Below, one piece after another: positions 37,350 to 46,039 of a DNA stretch of 64,000 nt (the first letter of the stretch is position 1; every line of letters begins with the position of its first letter). The notes below the pieces were generated by a model. It saw nothing but the letters and a program-made list of their open reading frames with translations. It was not told the DNA's origin and made no database searches. A program made the translations under genes and the position numbers. The DNA lies in the IMG/VR virus record IMGVR_UViG_3300023296_000874, positions 124,001-188,000 of that record. One strand, 5' to 3'.

Positions 37350-38399
37350 TCAGTAGTTGATGCTCGCATTCACGAGCAGTCCCTTAGCTACCGCACCGAG
37401 GGGATCCTCGGCGTGGCGTACTTCGGAAATGGGGATGGGGAACTTTGTTCGCTTGGCGAACTCCTCCTTGAAGAAGGGGATGAAGTTCTTGGCCAGCGAG
37501 GTACCACCCGCGATGATCAGCGGAATCGGCTCAGGGGCGTCCGCGTCACCACGGATGAACTCCTTCTCGATGTGGTCCAGAGTGTAGTCGATCAGGGCGC
37601 GGTAGTACACCTGGATTGCTTCGCGGGCACGGGCGTTCTTGAGGTCGCCCTCCATGAAGTCCAGCAGGTCCGCTTCCTTCTCCTTCAGGGCCGCGATCTT
37701 CGATGCGGTGCTGTTCACGGCGCGGGCCGCAGAGGAGTCAATCCAGTCGCCGCCACGGGCGAGGCTGAACTTCATCGTGGTGATGGTGCGGTAGGTCAGA
37801 GCCACGTTCACCATTCCTGCTCCGAAGCTCATGGTGAGGGCGCTGAAGCCGTCCTTGTTCGCCTCGCTGAAGCAGATCGCTGCGGCCTCGTTGAAGGGGC
37901 GCGCGTCGTACCCAAGGTCTCCAACGAGACGCTTGAAGACGCCCTCGTGGAAGATCACGTCCTGGTCGGGGCGGTCAATGGGTGCAGCGGGTACGCTGAA
38001 GAAGCAGATCTCATCCTTGACGGAAGGCTTGCCGAGGAGCTGCTCGATCATGAGGCTGAGTACGCCGTAGCTGTCCAGCTCAGTGTTCGAGATCACGCCG
38101 TCCTGAAGGGGGCGTCGTACCTCACGCTTGAACATGTTGGCGATGTGTAGGGCTTCGTCGCCTACAATCACGATGCTGTCGTCCTTCTCGATGTAGTTGA
38201 CGTCACTCAGCTTGAGGAACTGGGTGTGGCCCGGCTCCAGGTCGAGGAACGCGTCCCGCATCTTCTTGGTCGCTACCTTGCCGTCGGTCGTCTTGCGAGC
38301 CGAAAGGAAGTTCATGGTGCCAACGTCCAGACCTACGCCGGGTGCGGCGGCGGGAGCTGACTTGGGAGGCGTGGCCTCCGGCTTGGTATCTTCAGACAT
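37350..38399 (-). CDS. Actin-superfamily ATPase (MreB/MamK/ParM-like)
   Basis: 349 aa. Phosphate-1 GLDVGTMN, RRPLQDGVI, FSVPA, connect-1 NEAAA, phosphate-2 SFGAGMVN, GGDWID, adenosine IIAGGTS, connect-2 AVAKGLL. Confidence 0.85.
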   Translation of the reverse strand: MSEDTKPEATPPKSAPAAAPGVGLDVGTMNFLSARKTTDGKVATKKMRDAFLDLEPGHTQFLKLSDVNYIEKDDSIVIVGDEALHIANMFKREVRRPLQDGVISNTELDSYGVLSLMIEQLLGKPSVKDEICFFSVPAAPIDRPDQDVIFHEGVFKRLVGDLGYDARPFNEAAAICFSEANKDGFSALTMSFGAGMVNVALTYRTITTMKFSLARGGDWIDSSAARAVNSTASKIAALKEKEADLLDFMEGDLKNARAREAIQVYYRALIDYTLDHIEKEFIRGDADAPEPIPLIIAGGTSLAKNFIPFFKEEFAKRTKFPIPISEVRHAEDPLGAVAKGLLVNASINY

Positions 38400-38417
38400 G
38401 TGTATCTCCGGTGTGTA

Positions 38418-38852
38418 TCAGTTCAGCTCGAAGGCTTCTTCGAGCTTGCCGCTCAGAGGAATGTTCACAAGGGACTCCCTCATGGCTCGGGAGCGGTCCC
38501 AGGGGGACCATGCAAATCGGGCAGTCCCTACGGCGTCCTTGGGAAGTGCAAAGGTCCTCCCGTCGTCACACCGGAAAATCACCATCTTCTCGGCGATCTT
38601 CGTTCCTGATGTCACTCCGAAGGCTTCTTCGAGTGCAGGGGGCGTGGAGACGTTGAACAGTCCGTCCCTTGGAGCACGACGCCGTGTGTACGGGCTGTGC
38701 ATGAAACGGGCCTTGCCGGTCAGCTCGTAGGGGATGAAGAAGACGTGGCCTTCCTCGTCCCTGAAACGAGCCCACTTGTCGGCTGTCTTGACCGTAGCTG
38801 AATGCTCAACCGCCCAGGCCAGCTTGTAGATCTCGCGTGCGAGCTTCTTCAT
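38418..38852 (-). CDS. Hypothetical late protein
   Basis: 144 aa. MKKLAREIYKLAWAVEHSATVKTAD, with a short internal repeat (FRDEEGHVFFIP / FRCDDGRTFALP). Confidence 0.7.
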   Translation of the reverse strand: MKKLAREIYKLAWAVEHSATVKTADKWARFRDEEGHVFFIPYELTGKARFMHSPYTRRRAPRDGLFNVSTPPALEEAFGVTSGTKIAEKMVIFRCDDGRTFALPKDAVGTARFAWSPWDRSRAMRESLVNIPLSGKLEEAFELN

Positions 38853-39412
38853 GGTTTCTCCATCAGGTTCCGAAGGTCGTCCTCAGCACTTCCCAGGCTA
38901 CCGTCCTCATTCTCCTCCACCTTGATGCGTGAACCTTTCACATCAGGAGAGGCAAGTACGGAAGGGATGAATACGGGGACGTCTCGGTCTACATGGGTTG
39001 AGGTTTTGGGGTTCGCGGTTCGGGACGGGACGTAGCTAACTTTTCCAATCTGACTCCCGAGACGATCTACCGATGTGATCAACTCCCGAAGGAGTCTGTG
39101 TGTTTCCACATCCGGAGCCGTACTTCGGTCCAGTCCCTTGACGGACTCCACAAAACGATTATGAAGCTCCTCGTAAGAAGGCTCCTCAATCGGTGCGGGG
39201 CCGCGACGTCTCTTGAGTCCCTTCTCGGCGGGCTTGGGTCTCTGCACCGCTGGCGGCACCACCTTGATCTCGCCCTTCTTGATGGCAGTCCTGAGCTGAG
39301 CGCTCCGACGTACAATGCGGTCGTCGATCTCAACCGTACCCACTCTGAACACAATGTTGGGAGTGACGTCGCTGAGCCGGAGTCCGGCAATGTTGCACTT
39401 CAGTGTGATCAT
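38849..39412 (-). CDS. Hypothetical protein, neck module
   Basis: 187 aa, coupled on both sides. Confidence 0.7.
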   Translation of the reverse strand: MITLKCNIAGLRLSDVTPNIVFRVGTVEIDDRIVRRSAQLRTAIKKGEIKVVPPAVQRPKPAEKGLKRRRGPAPIEEPSYEELHNRFVESVKGLDRSTAPDVETHRLLRELITSVDRLGSQIGKVSYVPSRTANPKTSTHVDRDVPVFIPSVLASPDVKGSRIKVEENEDGSLGSAEDDLRNLMEKP

Positions 39413-39870
39413 CAGGAGCCCACCATGATGTACTTCTCGAGCATCTCAACGGCCAGTCGGTCCTGAGCCTTCTCCATGGCGTCAGCCACGAAGTTGAGAG
39501 GATCAATGCCCGGATGCTTGGGGTTGTCGCTGAGGCGGCGGAATGCTACTCCCCTACGGCGCTCACGGGCGGTAGGGATGGCCTTCAGGGACTTGAGGTC
39601 GATGGGGATGACACGGTTGCGCACGTACCGCATCTGGTGAGGCTTGACACCCTGATCGAGGTAGAAGGAAGGGTGGTCGGAGTACACGAGGATCTTGCCG
39701 GGCAACATCTTCCACTTGATGCTGCGCTTGATCTCTTCCTTGTTCTCCAGGTTGGTCTTGCCAATGGCAATCTTGAGCTCTTCAACCGTGAGCTGCCCGA
39801 GCCGGACCAGCATCCGGTTCTCGTTGGCCCGATTGGCAACCGCGATGTCGTTGTTCTCTACGAGGGCCAC
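39412..39870 (-). CDS. Putative neck / tail-completion protein (HK97 gp10-like)
   Basis: 152 aa. IKRSIKW...HPGI..LNFVADAMEKAQ pattern, plus position in the module. Confidence 0.5.
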   Translation of the reverse strand: MALVENNDIAVANRANENRMLVRLGQLTVEELKIAIGKTNLENKEEIKRSIKWKMLPGKILVYSDHPSFYLDQGVKPHQMRYVRNRVIPIDLKSLKAIPTARERRRGVAFRRLSDNPKHPGIDPLNFVADAMEKAQDRLAVEMLEKYIMVGS

Positions 39871-40230
39871 TCAATCTCCTATGACGGTCTCGTCCGATTG
39901 GTACCACCACTGGCCGTCGAAGATGTACACGGCCCCATCATTGACGATGACAGCCTTGTGGCGTCCAGGAGGAATCGGACGCCGACGGGATCGCTTGAAT
40001 TTCTTGGACACGGGAGCTCCGTCATCCCATGTGTCCTGGGTCGCCTTGGCGGTGTTCCCCGGAAGCACGGTCACTTGCTCGACCTTGGCTGTGTATCGAC
40101 CATTCTCGTTGATGTCCTCGGCCCATGCTTTGGTAGGGTCAAAGGCGACGCGGAACAATCCGTACTCTCGCAGGTGAGCCGTCAGGCGGCGGCTCAGTAC
40201 TCCAATATCTCGACTCGTACTCATAATCAC
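39871..40230 (-). CDS. Hypothetical protein, neck module
   Basis: 119 aa, coupled. Confidence 0.65.
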   Translation of the reverse strand: MIMSTSRDIGVLSRRLTAHLREYGLFRVAFDPTKAWAEDINENGRYTAKVEQVTVLPGNTAKATQDTWDDGAPVSKKFKRSRRRPIPPGRHKAVIVNDGAVYIFDGQWWYQSDETVIGD

Positions 40231-41582
40231 CTCACAATTCGACCGTAGGTCGGGGATCGACCTCGGTCCTGCATACCATCACGCGCTTTCTCTTCGCCTG
40301 TGTTGGTGTTGTCGTTGATCTGTGGGTACACGGTGCCCTCCGCACCGGGCTTACCGAACCCACCGTGCTGGCGGGTTTGAGGGTAGGCCAGGTTGGCGAG
40401 CATCTCAGCATTGGCAGGAACCTTGTACCGGATGTCCTTCTCACCGAAGTAGCCGATCATGAAGTGCTGCTGAAGGATGTTGCCACGGTTGGAGGGAACG
40501 TTCACCGCGCCAATGGAGTAGCGGTCGTTGTTCTGCCGGACAATGAAGTCGCGCTGGCTGACCATCGGGGTGGGTCCAGTCCAAACCTCGTACTGGTGGA
40601 GTACCTGCATCCCGTTCTGAGTCAGCTCAATGCGGCGCTCGCCGTCCTGAGGAGCGATCAGGATGTCGTAGGGTCCCTCGTAGCCACCCTGGATGCTCGT
40701 ACCGAAGCAGTTGAGGCAGTCGTTCTCAGCTTGCTTGTGAACGTCCGAGTAGCAAGCGCACCGCACTCCCACCCACTTCCGGATGAACAGCTTGACGGCC
40801 TCGCCGCCTTGCTCGAGGATCCAGCGGTTGCGCCGAATGCCCTCCTTCCAGATGTAGTCCAACTTCTCAATCTCATGCGCGCTGACGCCCTCTACACCCT
40901 TGAGCGGAGTCTCAATCTGAGCTCCCGTGCCGTCATCTACTACGGTGGTGAGCTTGTAGAAGGTCCGCTGTCCGATCTGCCCCGTGAGGAGCGTCGTGTT
41001 GAAGCGGTAGCTCATAGTCACAACAGAGGAGAGGGTAGGGAGCACAGGCGTCACGAGCTTCCGGGTCACCTTGTCCCAAATGCGGGCCTGGTTGAGGAAT
41101 ACCTCGCCGGTAGCTCCGTTCACGCTGCGCACGGGCACAGCCACTCCGTCGATCTTCACTACCACGTCGGAAGGGACGTTGGCGGGGATCGCTTGGGATC
41201 CTTCCTTTACAATCGGGTTCGGCACCTGGATGATGTAGAGACCTTCAGGGTGGTCAGCGCCTCGAGCCGTCATCATTCCGCTGACGTCTTCGTTCAGTAC
41301 CGCCTGGTTCTGGGTGCTGTCACGGAAGAAGGTGGTTCCGATGGGTACGGTGTTGACCTTGGTGTAGGTCGCCCACTGACTGTCCGAGGATCGGTAGAGG
41401 TTGACGCCAAGCACCGTCCACTTCCCATTCCCCAGGATGAGGGCGGGATTGTCCCAACGCACGTCCATCATCCCCACGTCCGGTGAGGTCACGAACATGT
41501 TCAGGGGTGCGATGGGTGTGCGCGGATCATCGCGCTCTCTTGGGTCGGTCTCCCGACTCAGCCTGTAGGTCTCATTAGGCAA
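40227..41582 (-). CDS. Head-completion / neck protein with FN3-like N-terminus and Cys Zn motif
   Basis: 451 aa. RCAC...DCLNCFGTSIQGGY resembles large-myovirus neck proteins. The segment VRWDNP...GVNLYRS is FN3-like. Confidence 0.6.
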   Translation of the reverse strand: MPNETYRLSRETDPRERDDPRTPIAPLNMFVTSPDVGMMDVRWDNPALILGNGKWTVLGVNLYRSSDSQWATYTKVNTVPIGTTFFRDSTQNQAVLNEDVSGMMTARGADHPEGLYIIQVPNPIVKEGSQAIPANVPSDVVVKIDGVAVPVRSVNGATGEVFLNQARIWDKVTRKLVTPVLPTLSSVVTMSYRFNTTLLTGQIGQRTFYKLTTVVDDGTGAQIETPLKGVEGVSAHEIEKLDYIWKEGIRRNRWILEQGGEAVKLFIRKWVGVRCACYSDVHKQAENDCLNCFGTSIQGGYEGPYDILIAPQDGERRIELTQNGMQVLHQYEVWTGPTPMVSQRDFIVRQNNDRYSIGAVNVPSNRGNILQQHFMIGYFGEKDIRYKVPANAEMLANLAYPQTRQHGGFGKPGAEGTVYPQINDNTNTGEEKARDGMQDRGRSPTYGRIVR

Positions 41583-42216
41583 GGTTCACTCCCGGTACGA
41601 GGCGACGCTCGCGGATACTCACCACGAGGTCTACGAAGTTGTCGGGTCTGTAGGATGCGCTCACCACGTCCCAGAGCAGGGAGTAGCTTTCCTCGTGACG
41701 CTCAACGGGTAGCCACCGGTCGAGCAGGTCTTCTGCGCCGTGCTTGTGGATGTAGCGGCTGAAGTCCGGAGCGCTGTCTGCCAGGAAGGATGCGGTGTGG
41801 TTCCACACGCGGGAATCAGTCTCGCCCATCGTCTCGAGCAGGGAGGCTACGTTGATGTGGAACGTCACTTTGGAGCTGAAGAAGTGCTCCATGTGGGGCT
41901 GTCCGCCTACCTCGAGGATGTCCGTGGTCTCGTCCACGATCTCATCTCGTACCGCTGCAACGATGCCGCTGGCGCTCAACATCTCGGCGTAGAGGTCAGA
42001 AGTGCCAAGCACCTTGTTCGGTGTGGCCCACTTCTTCGCCTTGTCCTTGCGGTTGCCGCCGTGGATGCTGTCCTGCTCATCGAGCAAGTCCTTCTGGAGC
42101 TCCCGAACGATGGTATGTCCACCGGGACGGGGCTTCTTCAGACCGTGATCGATCTTCTTGAGGGCCGTCTGCGTGACGTAGTCATTCGCCAGCAGGTCTT
42201 GTAGGGTCTGGGGCAT
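41575..42216 (-). CDS. Hypothetical late protein
   Basis: About 213 aa from ATG 42216, directly downstream of a promoter motif copy. Confidence 0.7.
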   Translation of the reverse strand: MPQTLQDLLANDYVTQTALKKIDHGLKKPRPGGHTIVRELQKDLLDEQDSIHGGNRKDKAKKWATPNKVLGTSDLYAEMLSASGIVAAVRDEIVDETTDILEVGGQPHMEHFFSSKVTFHINVASLLETMGETDSRVWNHTASFLADSAPDFSRYIHKHGAEDLLDRWLPVERHEESYSLLWDVVSASYRPDNFVDLVVSIRERRLVPGVNLA

Positions 42217-42250
42217 GTTGCGCTCGCAAAGGTGTTCAAGCACCCTGGAG

Positions 42251-42265
42251 TACAAATGGACTATG
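42251..42265 (-). promoter_or_regulatory. Candidate late promoter motif, copy 4 (CATAGTCCATTTGTA)
   Basis: Consensus match at the head of the neck/actin/terminator gene run. Confidence 0.7.
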
Positions 42266-42277
42266 AGTGGCGGATCT

Positions 42278-42967
42278 CTACTCGCGGAACTGGTGGTCCA
42301 GTACGTCTGACAGTGCGGGCGGGTAGAACTCTTCGCTGTCTGAAACCCCGATACCAGGCCGGACTGACTCCGTGTCCAAGCTGATTGCCATCAGCCGTAC
42401 CGACGCGGGGACGTGAATCGGAGTGCCGGTGTACGAGTACATGCAGACTTTCTGTCCGCTGTCTCCTCGTAGGTGGTCGCTCCAGTTCGCCATGGCCCCA
42501 ACCTCGTCGAACAGCACCACGTCCGCCCGTCCTACATCCATCGTTCGAGAGGACCAAGCATGTGCATCGATGCCCGCCCTCCTCAACATATCCCTCGTGT
42601 ACGGGTACGCGGAGTACGCTGCTACAGATCCATCGCTGAGCATCAACTCACCCATTCGAGTGAGCATGTCCGTCTTGCCCGAGCGTCGGCCCAAGCACAA
42701 CAGGATCACTTCGGGGTCGGGGTCTGACCTGTAGCGGTCAGATGCCTGAAGCCTGTCAAGATAGGCCCTCTCGACAGGTTCAAGCTCCAATCCCATGCAG
42801 AGCTTCATCAAGAGGCGCTGGATGGGGGTTGAGCTGCGGGTGGTGATGGTGAATGCCGAGGGCACCGGCAAGGCTGCGGGTATCGGCGGGGCGATTACTA
42901 CGCAGTCTGGATGTATCTCATCAGTCCAGAGGAGATGGAGTCTTGCTTCGCTCGGATCCACTGGCAT
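42278..42967 (-). CDS. Truncated terminase-large-subunit-like P-loop ATPase
   Basis: 229 aa. PIQRLLMK, Walker A LGRRSGKT, Walker B VVLFDE and coupling motif TGT are present. No nuclease domain. Confidence 0.6.
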   Translation of the reverse strand: MPVDPSEARLHLLWTDEIHPDCVVIAPPIPAALPVPSAFTITTRSSTPIQRLLMKLCMGLELEPVERAYLDRLQASDRYRSDPDPEVILLCLGRRSGKTDMLTRMGELMLSDGSVAAYSAYPYTRDMLRRAGIDAHAWSSRTMDVGRADVVLFDEVGAMANWSDHLRGDSGQKVCMYSYTGTPIHVPASVRLMAISLDTESVRPGIGVSDSEEFYPPALSDVLDHQFRE

Positions 42968-43547
42968 CTACACGTCTCCTCACAATGTCGGTGATGTCGC
43001 TGCCCCACTCGCCCAACACGTCGAGGGCGGCTTCACGGGTGAGCTTCTTCACCGGGAGATGCTCAATCGATGAAACAACGCCATCGAAGCAGAGTACCTC
43101 GGGGTACGTCATCAGCATACCGGCGCGCATCTGTCCGGGCGCGATGTCAAACTGGACGTAGTCGCCACGGTTGAAGTGTTCGCGGGCGATGCTCCCCTTC
43201 TTCTTCCCGTCAGCCTTGGGTCCGCTGGTGTCAGGCTCAACGAGCTCGAAGTGCGTCTCAAGCCCGCTCTCCTCCCAGCACACATTGGGCTCAAAGCCGC
43301 GATAGAGCAGGTCGGTGTAGACCTCCATCTTGACGTAGAGGCCGCTCTCGTCGTCGTCAATCTCGTCACCGAGCTGACCCGCCTGAATCCAGTAGCCCGC
43401 ATCCAGGATGGATGCGATCAAGGAGGCGTAGTCCTCTTCGCTGAAGGTCTCTACCGACTGCGCGATCTCCGACTCTGAGATCTGCTGAACCTTGTCAGCG
43501 AGGTCAAAGAAGGTGCCCGCGAGGATGTCTTCCTGTGTGAACGGCAT
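42921..43547 (-). CDS. Hypothetical protein
   Basis: 208 aa, acidic N-half, possible small beta-barrel at the C-terminus. Confidence 0.7.
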   Translation of the reverse strand: MPFTQEDILAGTFFDLADKVQQISESEIAQSVETFSEEDYASLIASILDAGYWIQAGQLGDEIDDDESGLYVKMEVYTDLLYRGFEPNVCWEESGLETHFELVEPDTSGPKADGKKKGSIAREHFNRGDYVQFDIAPGQMRAGMLMTYPEVLCFDGVVSSIEHLPVKKLTREAALDVLGEWGSDITDIVRRRVDASGSERSKTPSPLD

Positions 43548-44047
43548 CAGTACTCCACTGTCTTAGACGGCGATTCGTACCGCAACCGGGCTTTCTCAAT
43601 CTCAACCTTCTTGCGGTTCAGATCGCGCCCGTCCGTTGCGAGGATCGGCTGGTTGTCTTCGCTCAGTCCGGCAAAGAGCCAGTCCTTGCCATTGCGGTCC
43701 CGCACTTGGTCGCCGTGCATCAGGACGCGCTTGCGAGGGTCCTCGTGCATCTCACCGAACACGGAGCGCATAGGCATCAGCCCGTACCGCTTGGGTCCGG
43801 AGAGTACAAGGCTCGGAGGGCTTCGTCGTCCTGCCACGGTTGCTCTCCTATCTCGGTGCTTCCACGCGGGCTCGAGGCGGCGGCTGAATGCTCGGAGCTC
43901 GTCCGCAAGCACGCTGCCTTCCTCTACACCGAAGCGAGGGTCCTCAAGGACGCTGATCGCCTGTCCGATGAGCTCGGCGGGGTGGAACTTGTTGAAGCTC
44001 TCACGGTTGAGAGCGGCAAGCCTCTGAATCTCAGTTGATACGGTCAT
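43547..44047 (-). CDS. Hypothetical late protein with STEIQRLAA N-terminus
   Basis: ATG 44047 overlaps the upstream stop (ATGA). Confidence 0.7.
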   Translation of the reverse strand: MTVSTEIQRLAALNRESFNKFHPAELIGQAISVLEDPRFGVEEGSVLADELRAFSRRLEPAWKHRDRRATVAGRRSPPSLVLSGPKRYGLMPMRSVFGEMHEDPRKRVLMHGDQVRDRNGKDWLFAGLSEDNQPILATDGRDLNRKKVEIEKARLRYESPSKTVEY

Positions 44048-46038
44048 TCTGCCCACCTCTGTCGCATACGGCGGGAAGCCGCGTCGGATTGGTCACGCTT
44101 GGCATCACTCATGGAGTGGCGCTTCAGCCAGGTTTCAGCGTTGTCGCGGGCTCCAATGATCTGGCCCCACGTCTGCTTCAGCTCAGCACGTAGCGGTGTG
44201 TCCACCCGGTAGATGCGGCGGTTCTTGGCAATCACCTGGAACCGCTTGATCAGGTCGTGGCTGCGGATCATTGCCCGGAGGTCCTTGAGGCCCTCACCGA
44301 ACTTCTTCGCGTCCTGATCTCGGGAGGCACTCATCATCCTTCCGATGATGCTGTCGTACTCGTTGGCTACCTGAGCCACCACGTACTCGCCCAAGTCCTG
44401 CATCGCCTGCCCATTGGCTACCAGCTTCTGCTCAGCCTTGTTGAGCGCGCCGTTGCGCTTCTTTGCCTGCACCTTCACAACCACTGCGTCACGGGCTTCC
44501 TGGTACTGAGCCAGTACCCCACGTCGGATCTTGAGGTGGTCGTCTGCACGCACTACACGGGCGAGCTTCTGAATCTGACTGGATGTTGTCACCTTGGTAC
44601 TCCCGAAGGCCTCAAAGGCTTTGTAAGCGAACCACCTCTGTAGGCGGGGGAGCGCGTAGGTGTCAAGAGTATCCCTGCCTACCCACTCGAATGCATCGTT
44701 CTCCCAGTCCAGTTCAACCTCACCTGTGAACTTTCGCGAGAGGAAGATGTGGACCGTGTCCTCACCGGGCGAGTTGGCTACGCCGAGTAGCTTGAGCTCC
44801 GTAGGCTTCAGCTTGGTCTCCTCGTAGGCTTCACGCTTGGCGGCTTGTGCGGGGCTCTCACCCTTTTCTACGCCGCCCACAACGAGGGTCCAACTGCCCG
44901 GCATCCATGGAGCCGTAATGCCGCGTCGTACAAGGAGGATCTTGTTGTCGCGCATGAAGCATACGCCTGCGGCCTTGTAGTCGTTCGTGGCTGCATTCTT
45001 GGGGGGTTCTTCAGGCACGGGGCAATCCTTGGGACGTCGGTCGGTGTTGTAGAAGTCGGTCCAGAACACCGAGATGATCGCGAACTCGTTCTTCCTTCGC
45101 CCGCCGCGAAGTACGATGGTCAGCCTGTCCTTGGGGTCTTCCCATACAAGCTTCCTGCCGTACTCCAACTCCTCAGTCACCCGCTTGCCTGCGGGAGTCT
45201 GCATGGACTTCTCACGGTTGAGCCACTTCTGCCAGTTCTTGATGCCGCTCCGGATGTCCTGCACGGTGATGCCGCGCTCATCCATTCGACGCTGGGTGTG
45301 CGGTGTGAGAACGAGCTTGCTGTTGTTCGGTCCGCGTTCAGCCAAGAGGTCATAGACGATCTGCTCGTCCTTGCCATCAAAGTCACGTCCGCCTTCCTCG
45401 ATCTCAGCGATGAGCTGGTCACGTACTCGGGGGTTGCGCACGTTGCGGTAGACGCGCTCAGCCAGGTAGCAAGGTCCAGCCTCGGTGGGCAGTCCCAGTG
45501 AAGGACTGAGGTCAGCCGTCCGGCTCTTGAATGGGAACCGATGTACCTTGCTCATGCCCCACACCTCAAGAACAGGAGAGAACGTCCCAGTCGGCTCGGG
45601 TCCTGTGTAGGGCGCGTCGCCGTCTGAGTAGGAAAGTGTCGCGTGTGGACGGTAGTTCGGGAACCTGTCCGAGATGTCGTAGCCAGCATCCATCAGCTCT
45701 CGCTTGACGGCTTTGCGCAGTGCGCCCATGTCGCGGCTGAAGGCGATGGGCATGTGGTGGATGCTCTGTCCGGAGGGGTTCTTGAACTCGTCCTTGGCTT
45801 GCAGCGTACAGATCACGTCACCGAAGCGTCGTACCTGTCGGGAAACCAGAGCGAGGAACTCCTGCTCACGTTCGGGTGGGACGTTGCCCACGATCAGGAA
45901 GGTGATGTGCGCCGGGGAACGGTCGTTCGGCAGCTTGGGAAACTGGTGGGCGAGCCAGATAGGCATCGGCATGAACAGCCCGACAGACGTATAGTCTCCG
46001 GTCTTGTTCCCGTCCAGTGGTGAGGCATTCTTGATCAT
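44044..46038 (-). CDS. Multidomain protein: 2H phosphoesterase + DUF4258-like domain + Nudix hydrolase + helical C-domain
   Basis: Two HxT motifs (AHITF, PHATL). LVLTPHTQRRMDERGITVQDI is DUF4258-like. Nudix box GGVEKGESPAQAAKREAYEET. Likely start ATG 46038. Confidence 0.8.
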   Translation of the reverse strand: MIKNASPLDGNKTGDYTSVGLFMPMPIWLAHQFPKLPNDRSPAHITFLIVGNVPPEREQEFLALVSRQVRRFGDVICTLQAKDEFKNPSGQSIHHMPIAFSRDMGALRKAVKRELMDAGYDISDRFPNYRPHATLSYSDGDAPYTGPEPTGTFSPVLEVWGMSKVHRFPFKSRTADLSPSLGLPTEAGPCYLAERVYRNVRNPRVRDQLIAEIEEGGRDFDGKDEQIVYDLLAERGPNNSKLVLTPHTQRRMDERGITVQDIRSGIKNWQKWLNREKSMQTPAGKRVTEELEYGRKLVWEDPKDRLTIVLRGGRRKNEFAIISVFWTDFYNTDRRPKDCPVPEEPPKNAATNDYKAAGVCFMRDNKILLVRRGITAPWMPGSWTLVVGGVEKGESPAQAAKREAYEETKLKPTELKLLGVANSPGEDTVHIFLSRKFTGEVELDWENDAFEWVGRDTLDTYALPRLQRWFAYKAFEAFGSTKVTTSSQIQKLARVVRADDHLKIRRGVLAQYQEARDAVVVKVQAKKRNGALNKAEQKLVANGQAMQDLGEYVVAQVANEYDSIIGRMMSASRDQDAKKFGEGLKDLRAMIRSHDLIKRFQVIAKNRRIYRVDTPLRAELKQTWGQIIGARDNAETWLKRHSMSDAKRDQSDAASRRMRQRWAE

Positions 46039-46039
46039 A

